Assembly: GCA_008632985.1 (NCBI GenBank)
Contig: QPGO01000119.1
Coordinates: 124,001 to 188,000 of the forward strand
DNA: 64,000 bases
DNA from: Psammoneis japonica
Taxonomy: Eukaryota
Direction: 5' to 3'
Both the position numbers and the translations under genes were made by a program. Shown piece by piece: positions 12,700-22,806 of this stretch. The notes beneath the pieces are model-generated. The model made no database searches and was not told where the DNA came from. It saw nothing but the letters and a program-made list of their open reading frames with translations. Numbering within the stretch: position 1 is the first letter of the stretch; every line of letters begins with the position of its first letter.

Positions 12700-13162
12700 C
12701 GGTGGGTCGTGCCATTTCATGCCGGATGCTGGATGCGGATATGCCGGGCAGATGCAATGCCGGGTGGAAAAAACACGAGGGTTCAACTTTTCACCTTCTC
12801 CCAATCCAAGTGTTCGCCAGCTTGGTTAACAAGCCCTACAGTGTCAGAGATGCATGGCTTTGAATGCCAAACTGTTGCATGGGAACGTCTCTAGATTCTC
12901 AGGATAGCACGGAAATTTTGTCACTCCATTTCAGACTCAAGGGAGGGCGACACTTGTCCATCACAAAGAGCAAGGCGAGCGCCTCAAACCTCAGTTCACA
13001 ATGAAAGAATCCAATGATGAAATCAGCAAATGCTGGTGGACATTGCTTGGTGAAGAGCATCATAAACCACACTCTGACAATGGTGACAAGAGTTGCAACA
13101 AACAACCCAAAAAGGCACAAAAAGCGGGGAGTGCCCCCAACGTTGTCTTGCACTGGGGTCCC
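12700..13162. other. Partly TpA/CpG-depleted degenerate sequence; left edge of the large decayed-TE block
   Basis: Few TA and excess TG/CA compared with the upstream LRR gene. No recognisable product. Confidence 0.45.
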
Positions 13163-13551
13163 GACGCGTTCCAGCCCTAGGTGGGACTCCGTGTGACATT
13201 GGGCCCGTAGAATTCTACGTGCGAGCTCCGTAGTACGAGAATTTAATTAATGTATATATTTATCTTCAACATCAAATAAACGGCCAAGTTTGTGGTACAA
13301 TTATGCCTCTTACCACTCGACGTTTTTGCAAATGCACCTGCCCTACGCGATTCTTAAGACATTATAGAATCGCGCTGTAACAAAAAATGTCAAAAGTTTT
13401 TGGACGGATCGCTCAATAAGTGTACCGTAAAATGACACAAAATGTAAAAAAATCACGTAGAATTCTACGTGCGCGACATACGACGAGATTAAAAAAACTA
13501 TCGATGTCACAGTTCAGTAGTACGAGGTCCCACCTAGACCTGGAACGCGTC
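13163..13551. mobile_element. Non-autonomous DNA transposon (MITE), 389 bp, 25-bp TIRs, 4-bp TSD TCCC
   Basis: Left end gacgcgttccagccctaggtgggac; right end gtcccacctagacctggaacgcgtc (reverse complement matches at 23/25). TCCC on both flanks (13159-13162, 13552-13555). Internal direct repeat cgtagaattctacgtgcg at ~13206 and ~13456. Confidence 0.9.
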
Positions 13552-13555
13552 TCCC

Positions 13556-14900
13556 CGCCGGTCCAACCAGACAAGCAGCCACCCATTGCACTGCCAAGAC
13601 AGCAACATTGGACCCCCACAATGGCAATCATCAAGAAGGGATGCTGGACTTCTTTGCTGCCATTGCAAGCAGTCAGTCCCGCTGCAACCCCGAGGCACTG
13701 TGCGCACGCCCAATGGGGCCACACCTCGGATCACAACATTTCAATGGCCATCGCAATGCACTGCAGAGCACAGGGCAAGCGGGAGACCCAGGATGCACTC
13801 AGGCAAGTCATTGGATTTCACTGCCCTGCTGCGGTGGTTGGAGACCCACAACCATGGGATGACAATCAGCAGTGTGGGCTGGTTGGCGAGATGCACCACC
13901 TTGCCCAGCACCAAATTGCGGCATTCCCAGACAAACAGATGAAGTCATGCAGCTCATGCCAGCAGGCACACACATGCTCCTGGGTGACAGCACCACTTTG
14001 GCCACCACACAAGCTGACCAGGAAAGTTCATTTGGCCACGTTGCCAGGGAGATCAAACAACGACATGTTCTGGAAACATTGCATTGCCTGCGGACATCCA
14101 GAATCAACCATGGTGCTTCCCCTTCTGCATCAAGGGCCAACACAACACAATTGCAGAAGCCACACTGACCACCACCATGGCAGCACTCAAGAAGAGTGCC
14201 GAGATGCATTCTTTGCTTGGGTGGAGGCCAGCTGGAAGACCAAATGGGTCTTCAGCAATGGCCCAAGTTTGGGGGCTGAGAACTGAGGCCATGATTGCCA
14301 GCTGTGTGAATGCAGCCACCCCCACCACCCCCACAGGCAGTGAGGTTTGTCAGTCAATGACCATCTCTCACCACACACATGGACAGGCTGCTCTCATTGC
14401 TTCAGCTCAGTCTGACAAATCAGGTGAGAGCATTTTGCATGATGCATCTGCACCATGTTGTCATGGCCTCAGCCATTTGTTGCATCTACATTGTCAACAA
14501 GATGACTGGGGTCCATTGGAGCAAGCACAACACCACCTGATCCAATGGATCCCAACCCAAAGGGTCACAAGCAAACACTGCTGTGGCGCACCTGCGGCCA
14601 TTGCTGGTGCACCACAGAATGCTGAGGAGCTTGACAATGGAGTCATGAGTGCCCCCCACAAGTCTGCTTGTGAGTTTGTTGATTTCCTGCATGAGGACAT
14701 GGCGGATCATGTTGATGAGGGATTTTGGGTGGCACAGTGCCCTGCTGCGGTCAAGACCATCCCTGGTTTGCACATCAGTCCTGTCAGGGTTGTCCTGCAA
14801 TGTGGCCACTGACCCAGACCAATGGTCCACTGCACTTTCCTTGGCACCAATGATGCCACGCAACCCAATGCAGCCATCAAGGCCATGCAATTTGGATGTG
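13556..14900 (+). mobile_element. Decayed tyrosine-recombinase (DIRS/Ngaro-like) retrotransposon, 5' part up to the start of RT
   Basis: PHKSACEFVDFLHEDMADHVDEGFWV..VKTIPGLHISPVRVVLQCGH*PRPMVHCTFLGTNDATQPNAAIKAMQFG matches, from recall, the diatom YR-element RT start (HKSA..FL.EEM.....GFW.VLPY..V..LPGLR.SP.GVVPQR.RRPR..VDY.F.GVN......EAMQFG) once Y->H/C and R->H/C/* changes are reversed. Confidence 0.8.
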
Positions 14901-17600
14901 TCAGCACCCCATTCTATGGATGACAGACAGACCTGGACAGATCTCTCCAAGACAAGACAGACAGATCTGCTTCTCTCATTCTTTCTCACCAGCGCACGTG
15001 TTGTCCACTGTTGCCAGTTTGCAGGGAGCTCTTTAGCTTGTTGCTTTTGCCATCGGCACTCTGTCAGGTCATGGCCTCATCAGGTTGCTTTTTCCTCTGC
15101 AGTGCAAGCCTCATCTTGATTTGCTCAGATTGTGAGCCAAACAAGCCTGCCACCATTTTTCCATCCCAAAGGTGAGATTTTTCATTGATGCGCAGGCATC
15201 ACACTGGAAAATCAGCACCAGGTTTCCACCATGCATGACCAATTTTTTGCACACTTGTGCACCATGATGGGTTGCAAGTTCAAAAAGAGCATTGTTGATG
15301 TGCTCAAAGTGATTGAGGTTGTTTTTCAGGAAAACCCTCATTTCCCTGATGACACAAAGTTCCTGAAGAAGATGACTTTTGCATGGTGACACAATTCTTG
15401 AACTTGAATCAGTTTTTGAAGACAACAAACACACCCAAGCCAAGGACGGTGTTCATGAGCTCACATGGGACCACATCCTTCACCAGTTCATCATGCCTCA
15501 CAAACAAGGGACCCCAAGGATGCAACAGCTGTTGCATCAATCTTCAGTCAAGCTCCTCTCATGGTGAAGACTTGATGTCCATGGTGGCAAATCTGTGTCT
15601 CCCCTCTCCCAACAGACACTTGAACAGAAGATCCAACTTGCTCTTCAAGAAGGCAATTGGGTGGTGTGCATTGTCATTGGTGCAGAGCATGTGCACTTCA
15701 ACTCCAATCTTCAGTGGCCCTGCACGGACTGGAACAAGTTCTGCTTGGCACCACAAACATCCAACTGAATGTTTTCATCTCCACCATCATTGGACAAAAC
15801 TCCCACATTGGTTTTAACATCCGATCCTGTCATGGTCTCATGCAAGGATGCATCAAGTCCTCCAAGGCCACACATGACACCTGGCGGGTGAAATGGAGAA
15901 CCCCTTGTGTCTTGCATGACCAAGGATGTGCTGTGCAGGACTGACCTGTCACTTGTGCCCCCTGCAGCAACAACAGCAAATCAGACATCAGCACATGTTG
16001 ATGATCTTGTTGTGATGTTGTGTGGTTCTTCCTTGGGGCCCAAATTGCCAACTGTGGCTGCCAACACATCTTCTGGAGGTCCTGCTGTGTCTGTTGAATC
16101 CATTGATTCTGATGTCACTTCCATTGCCAGGGACACTGGGAAAGTTCAAGCAGGTTGCTGTGTTCAGGTCCAAAAGAGCCTGATCGCCGCCATGCCAAGT
16201 TGCACCCCAACTCCATGGAGAGGGTGTTTTCCTTGATTGTCCCTCAGATGCCTTCAAGAACATTGCATGGCATGATCTTGAGATCCCTCAGGTCAAGATT
16301 GCCAGACCTGTGCATTTCGACAAGGACCTGTTCATCCTCCCTCATGTGAGGGATGGATGCGATCAGGGCACTTCCCGCCCTTCCAGTGACCATGATGGAG
16401 GATGCAAGAAAGCTGCTGTGTGCTTTCCACTGCATCTGTGACCCATCATTGACATCCTCATGGCTTCATGGCACATCCAAGTTGGGCCCAGTTGTTGTGT
16501 GTGCTGCTTGCAGCTCTTGCACCACTGTTGTGTCTCAAGTTTGCAGCGCACATTTGCTGTGGGTGCCATGATGGATCCCAGGAATGCTGTTTCAACAAAC
16601 ACCAAGTCTGCTGTGTCTGTTGTGAGGCCTGACAGCAGGCCATCTACAGCGATTGGTGGTGGCTCCCCAGCTGCGTTGTCCACTGATTTGGTGGAACTTC
16701 ACTTCGATGTCCAAGCCAGCTTTCTCTTGACCCCAAAGTTTTTTGGTTCTGGCAGCCCCACTGTCCCGTGCAATGGTGGTCACATTCATCTGTTGCACGG
16801 GCTGCACTGCATCACCAAGGTCACCCATGAGCTGCTTGCCACCTCTGTGATGCCATCATGTGGTGCTTGTGGATGCAGCCACAGCTCCTCTGTTGGCTGC
16901 CAACAAGTTGTTTCATCTTTGGATTTTTGGCTCAGCCGCCATCAACTCTTTTGGACACATGACACTGCCGCTCCTTCCATCATTTGAACAAGACCATTGA
17001 AAGCAGGGCGGGTGGCTGTCAAAGAGGGCCACCAAGTCTCACCACCTTCTGCTCTCCCACCTCTTTCCTCTGTTGTTGGGACCACTGGCTGTTGTGTCCA
17101 CTTGTGCTTTTTGTGGTGCTCTGGACCTGCCCGCCATCGCTGACAATGTGCAGTGTGCATGCAGACAAAAGGTTGTTTTTGTCACGCCCTTTGTGACATT
17201 TAAAGGCTGTGACACGTCGCCGTGATGCATTGGCTCTTGTTGGCAGCTGTGTGTTGCACTCCTCCCCATGTGTCACGCGTCCATGCGGCTCTTTACTAAC
17301 GTGCACTGACACTGCACGGTTTTGGCGGAACAGTGTGGGTGCGTGCGAAGGAACACACAGAACTGCACAGAGTTTTGCGTGTTCGACAGTGATCAACGTT
17401 GCTGCAGACAACTCCCACTCAGGGTTTCGAACCCCTGGCCTCCTGCCTGATGGTTGCGATGAACCACTCCGCTGTGAATTCACAGTGCAGTGTGCATGCA
17501 GACAAAAGGTTGTTTTTGTCATGCCCTTTGTGACATTTAAAGGCTGCAACACGTCGCCGTGATACATTGACTCTTGTCAGTGGCTGTGTGTTGCAAATGA
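14900..17600 (-). mobile_element. Unidentified decayed insertion nested in the YR element
   Basis: Interrupts the RT right after AMQFG, has the same TpA/CpG-depleted composition, shows broken protein-like frames on the minus strand and ends in a 111-bp direct repeat. Family not recognised; boundaries and strand approximate. Confidence 0.4.
17148..17595. repeat. 111-bp direct repeat, copies at 17148-17258 and 17485-17595
   Basis: gtgcagtgtgcatgcagacaaaaggttgtttttgtca...gctgtgtgttgca occurs twice with few substitutions. Confidence 0.95.
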
Positions 17601-17699
17601 CCCTTCATTTCCTGATCAGGGGAGGGAGCAATGTGACACAGAGGAAGCACACAAGATTGACAAGTGTGCCAAGTCTTCCAGTGGTGAGTTGTTGGGTGA

Positions 17700-19489
17700 C
17701 CAAGATTTGCACGTTGCTGAAAATTCACACCCACCAAACATTGCCCCATTTCCAACAATGAACAAGGCACTCCATGTTGCACCATGTTTGTCCAGTGAAC
17801 TTTCCAAGGATGCAGAGCAACGCAAATGCCGCGCTGCCTCTGACTGTTGCTGCGCCTCCTGGGGGGAATCTGGTTGCTCTGCACATCACCCCAGCAGGCT
17901 CCTGGGGCTTGTTTTCAGAACTCCAAGAGGCCCTCCACCACACCATGTCCAACTCACGGGTGCCGCATCTCACCACTGACATCCACACCATCTTAGATGA
18001 CTTCCGAGATTTGCACTCCACACTGGACAAGCCCCCCACACAAACTCCAGAGTTGGCGCCACTTGCACCTGCCATCCACAGCTGTCATGACACCACTGGA
18101 CATGGTGCAGGCAGAGTGTTGTCACCAACGCCAACCACCTGACCACATGCTGCCTGCTTGCAATGCAGCCCACATGCTCACAGCTGTTGACAAGATGACC
18201 TTGGCCCCAATTTGTGGCTTGTGCCTTTCCTGCAGGATGCTGCCAGTTTGTTTGCCACATGTGAACATCCCAGTGGCCCAATCCCCAGCACAGATCTGAG
18301 ACCAGTTGGATCCATCATCCAAGGTGTCACAGCTGCTCAATGTTTTGACATCCATGAGTGTGCTCACTTGCAACATGCAGACAACAGCTTGGGAACCTTG
18401 CATGTTGGCAACAAAAAAGTTTCTCTGCCACAATGAAACCCTGGTCCAAGCTCCAAGCTCCAAGCTCCTCTGCCATCAAGCCTGCCACCAGCATTGCCAT
18501 CACCAAGTTGGCCTTCATGACTGCACACACCTGGGCCCATCAACGCTGCAGCAGGCAATGCCTCCCATGTGCAATCACTCACCAACTCACAGCTCTTGTC
18601 ATGTTTCAGCACTGCTTGCCCAAAGAGCAAACTGTGGACCCCACCACCCATGCCATGTTCCTGCCTCTGATCTTGGCACTGTGCAGCACACCATTGCCAA
18701 TGCAGCTGCCCTTCAAGACCCACCACCAACAAACATTGGGGCTTGTTGACCAACTTCTTCTGGACACTGAATTGGCCATCAACCCACTGCTGCTCCAAGA
18801 ACACGATGACCCAGTCCTTTTCCTGCAAGTCTTCCTTGGCAATTTTTGCACAAGACAAATCACTCTCCACCACCACCATTGAGTCCATTGCTGCACTGCT
18901 GAAGAGATGCCCCGTGGTTGTTTGGCCATGTGCTTGCTTCAAAGGGGGCCATGGACCTGTGCCTTGCATTGCAAGGGAACATGGATTTCCGACCCATTGT
19001 TGCAAAAAAGAGGACCCACCACCAGGCCTGGTCAAACCAGTGCCAGTTGCCATCCTCCGCTGGTGGATTTTGTCAGCTGCCACAACCAGCCCACACCCAG
19101 GCACCTCAGCCACCATGGACATGATTGCTTTGACACACTTTTTCCTCACCCACCCTGGCAAATGTGCTGCCATGCCATCCAACACCACCTGACCTTCAGC
19201 ATTGTGCTGGCAGCACACATCTGCATCTTTTTGCCACTCCAGATGCCCAACTTGATGCCTCCACCTTTGCCACTCTGACACTTGCCACCCAGAAGGAGAG
19301 TGGCATCTGTGGTGAGGTCATTGGTTTGGGCTCAGGCCACCCCTGACTTTGTCCAGCTGAAGCTTGTCTCTGCCAGATCCCGGGTGAAGCACAGGTGCAC
19401 CCATGGTGCACTTCTTCCTGATGCACATCTTTCACCCCATTTCTCTGCAGAATGATGGTGCCATGTTGCCCCCACAGATGTCATGTCCA
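17700..19489 (+). mobile_element. Decayed DIRS/Ngaro-like retrotransposon, 3' part: RT end/RNase H and tyrosine recombinase
   Basis: AGSWGLFSELQEAL..DIHTILDDFRDL..PELAPLAP..HDTTGHGAGRV resembles the RNase H start DASG.GAGGV. EDPPPGLVKPVPVAIL..MDMIALTHFFLTHPGKC and STFATLTLATQKESGICGEVIGLG..LCP resemble YR motifs FFFLLRPGEY and TF.TQKNG.RGE.I. Confidence 0.8.
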
Positions 19490-21860
19490 GACACATTTCA
19501 GCCCTCTCTGTCCAGAGGTGGGTGGGTGGGACTGCGTGGTGTGACACTGGGCCCACAGAATTCCACGCGCAAGCTCCACAGCAAAGTGTGAGGCCATGAA
19601 CACATGAATGACCACCAACAGAATCCAAGCCTGCGGGGAGCATTGACCACTTGTCCTTTTTTTTGGAAAAATTCTGGAGAGAAGTGCAAAAAACATGCCA
19701 GAACGTGTGCCACTGCTGGCACGGAGTGGGTCAGGCCCTGCACACATTTTGCACCACAGTGGTGCAAGCCACTTTTGTGAAGGCTCCTGCGCATGCAAAT
19801 TGGTGTGAGCTCCACACAAAAGCCTTGGAAATTGGAGTTCTTGTGGTGCACAATCTCAGCATGCAGTGGCAAAGAACTGACAAAAATTGCTCCCCAGGTG
19901 TTGTGCCAAAATCACTGCCTTGAAACAACCATGCTGCTGCACACAGTGGAGCATGCAACACTGGTCTGTCAATGCTGCCGTTGCATTGCCACAAGCTGCA
20001 AGTCATTGTTTCACCATGGCGGAACCCCCGGATGACACAAGCTTGTTGTCAGGTGTTGACAAACACACTCATTGTGTGGTGTGTTGGTCAGACTGGTTTT
20101 GTTGGAATGGTGGCCACTGTGTCACCATCATTGAATGAGGCATCTCCAGCACAAAGCAACAATGTCACTCCATCTGCTGTGACCACTCCCTTTGCAGCTT
20201 TTGCCAATGTGAGACCCAGCATCAACAACATCACCCCGGCTGCACTTGCTCCTGCTGCTGCTCCCATGGTGGGAGACTTTTGTCATCCTCAATCCTCAAC
20301 AAGTGTGGAGCTGCAAGCTGGGAAAGGCTGATGTGTGCCGGCATGCCAAAACACAAACCTTCTGGAAACAAGAAAGCTTTTTGATGAGGTTGCCAGCAAA
20401 GAGTTTCTGATGCATGGAATGTTCAACATGGCCAAAAAGATGACTTTTTCTGGTGATTTGGTTGGACTTGGCGGTGAGAATCTCACAGCAGTTTGGAGCT
20501 CTTTTAAAAAAACAGTTCCACACACCTGTCGCAGAGAATTTGTCAATTTTTAGAAAGTCCCCATGAAGTCTCTAATGTCCTTGATGATGACCATCCTTCA
20601 AATTTGCATTGATGTGAATTGAACGGCCCAGGCTGCACTGTTCCAAAAATGATGGGGGCACACTTTCAAATGGCACAACCAAGAACCCCCACCAACCAAC
20701 TGACCCCCAGAGACACAAAAAAGTCTGTGATCACCAACCCTGACAAACTCTTTCAAATTTTAAGCACATCATTTTCAGTTTGCCTGCACATTTTTTTCGG
20801 ACATTGACCCTTCAACCACCATGGAGCAAATCTCCACAGGTGGAGATTTGCTTGATTTGAGGAATTGTGATGTGTCATGCATTTGTGTGATGACACAATG
20901 AACATGGCACAAAAATGTTGCACCATGTGCAATCTGCACAAAACACACCACAGGCATTTGCTCATTGCAGACAGAGATTGGCTCCAAGGGTTTTGCATTT
21001 GGTGCTACATTGTGACAGTGACTCATCACAAATTTCATTGTCAGAGGTTGAGATTTGGCTCTTCTCCATTCACAGATGAAGTGTGCAAAAAACCCAGTGT
21101 CAAAAGTCAACATTGAACTTTTCAAATTGCAAAAATGGTCCCCCAGAGCTTTTTGGCAAATGTGTGTTCAAAAACAAAATTGTGCAATTTGTTCACCAGC
21201 CATGTCTGAGAACAACACATTCAATGCATTTGTGACGCAAGCGAGCGCCCACCTCTCCTGCCCTCTGGAGGCTCGGCCATCTGGCTTTGGGATTTGGAAG
21301 AGGTGCGCTGCAGTGCCAGCAAAGCCATCTCCACTCCAAGCAAGTTTTGGTCCTGTGTCATCACCAGTTTTTGAATCTGGAGGCACCACTCACAGCAGAC
21401 AACAGATGCAACTTTCCAGGAAATGCCGACAATTGGCATTTGACTGGCTGTGGGAATGTCTGCAGTTGTTGCACCAAACATCATGCATGGTCACAACTGT
21501 CTCACACGCACTCTGTGGTGTCTTGCAAATGGACAAACTTTGAGCTGCCACTGAATGCATGCATTTTTCATTGCGACACATCCGGGCTTGTTGCACGAAA
21601 ATCAGGAGCTCCCGCATGAAATCGACCGCCAGCCGACCATCCATGTCACACGATTGTCAACTCAACAATGATCAGCCCCATTTGCACAGAACAGATCAAA
21701 TTCAAGCCTCTTTAGAGCTGATTCCTGAATGCCAAAAATGTTCAAAACACCACCTTGACAGCTCACTTCAGGGCGGCAAGAATCAAAACATGCTCCTCTG
21801 ACTGTCCATCACCTCACACAAACGAGCACTTTTTGTTTTGGGTGCAATTTGAATCTCTGA
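19490..21860 (+). mobile_element. Hypermutated longer relative of the 13163 MITE (left end recognisable), followed by decayed coding-like sequence
   Basis: 19490 gacacatttcagccct..ggtgggac..gtgtgacactgggcccacagaattccacgcgcaagctccacagca aligns to 13163-13235. No right TIR found, so the end coordinate is only the start of the next recognisable segment. Confidence 0.55.
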
Positions 21861-21871
21861 AGTCTGAGATT

Positions 21872-22100
21872 CTTCAGAATCCATCTTGGCAGCAGTCAGC
21901 TTGGTCACAGCAGCTTCCTTTCTTTGGAACAATGCAAAAATTGGGGCAGCCTTTGAAGATGCACGTTGGATGTGACACGTCGTGATTTTGAGAAAGTGTG
22001 TGCACTGCTCATTTTCAGATTGAAACAGTCAGTGGTAGATCCATTTTGCATGTCTGCTGCTTAAATCGTTGAACAGATTTTGCGCCCAAGTGACCAACTC
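21872..22100 (+). pseudogene. Hypermutated duplicate of 3222-3447 (3' end and downstream region of the Cys-rich GPI gene)
   Basis: Collinear match, e.g. cttggtca(t/c)agc(g/a)gcttcctttcttt(a/g)gaa(t/c)aat(a/g)caaaa and ...gtgaccaactc. Confidence 0.9.
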
Positions 22101-22160
22101 ATCATTCTTTGCTTTTGTCGTGTCCAACAAATGTGGCTCACCCGCACTGCAGGATCATTA

Positions 22161-22481
22161 CTACGAATTGCTGAACAATTGCGCGATACACGTGCCCGAA
22201 GGGTGATTGTTGCTTCGGGCACGAAATTCGAGCTTCGCGCACGTAGAGACCGTAGAAAATAATATACCAGCATTCGAGAATGTCCGATTTGTGTAGATCA
22301 CGTAGCACAGTACCACAGAGGTCATTGATGAAATTACTTCAACGACTCATGCGACTACAATTAGATTTTCAATACCATATGCTATGTAGAAAGGACATCT
22401 GCGCGAAGGAAGAATGTTGCTTCGGGCAACGATATTCGAGCTTCGGGCACGTGTATCGCGCAATTGTTTTGCAATTTGTAG
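22161..22481. mobile_element. Tc1/mariner-type MITE, 321 bp, 41-bp TIRs (CTAC...GTAG), TA TSD
   Basis: ta|ctacgaattgctgaacaattgcgcgatacacgtgcccgaag ... cttcgggcacgtgtatcgcgcaattgttttgcaatttgtag|ta, with 3 mismatches between TIRs. Subterminal repeat tgttgcttcgggca..attcgagcttcg near both ends. Confidence 0.92.
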
Positions 22482-22806
22482 TACTTTGTGCTCTCCACAA
22501 CGACTCTGATCGACTCGTTCGATTCGATCTCATTCGTGCAAGCGTCAAATTTCATGAAGTCTCTCTCTAGAGCTAGAGTAGCTGGAGAGCACAAATTGAA
22601 AACATGGTGCAGTGCATCCTCATCCGGCAAGGAACGGCAAAAAAGCATCTACTGTACGAAATGGGAACTATGTATTAAAATCTTAAATGCATGTGCAAAC
22701 AACATGAAATCGGGTGAGTCAAAAACAACAACAACAACATCTCAACAGCCATCCATCATCTTTAATCTCTGGGATGCTTGCTCTTTTTTGCCGGAGGCTT
22801 GGCGTC

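Noticed and set aside
15559..15756. RFATMDIK resembling a Copia RT motif
   Set aside because: Only one short motif; flanking Copia RT, integrase motifs and LTRs were not recognisable, so the insert is left unclassified.
13420..21985. Dozens of overlapping 60-305 aa ORFs on both strands that look like Cys/His-rich metal-binding proteins
   Set aside because: By-product of TpA loss (removes TAA/TAG stops and Tyr) and TG/CA excess. The same applies to ORFs at 841-1944 and 62076-63921.
13556..22150. Alternative genetic code or foreign (viral/bacterial) insert as explanation for Tyr-free ORFs
   Set aside because: Depletion is frame- and strand-independent and affects non-coding duplicates of local host sequence (21872-22100).
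13556..22150. Classical fungal RIP
   Set aside because: RIP depletes CpA/TpG and enriches TpA, lowering GC; the opposite dinucleotide pattern is seen here.
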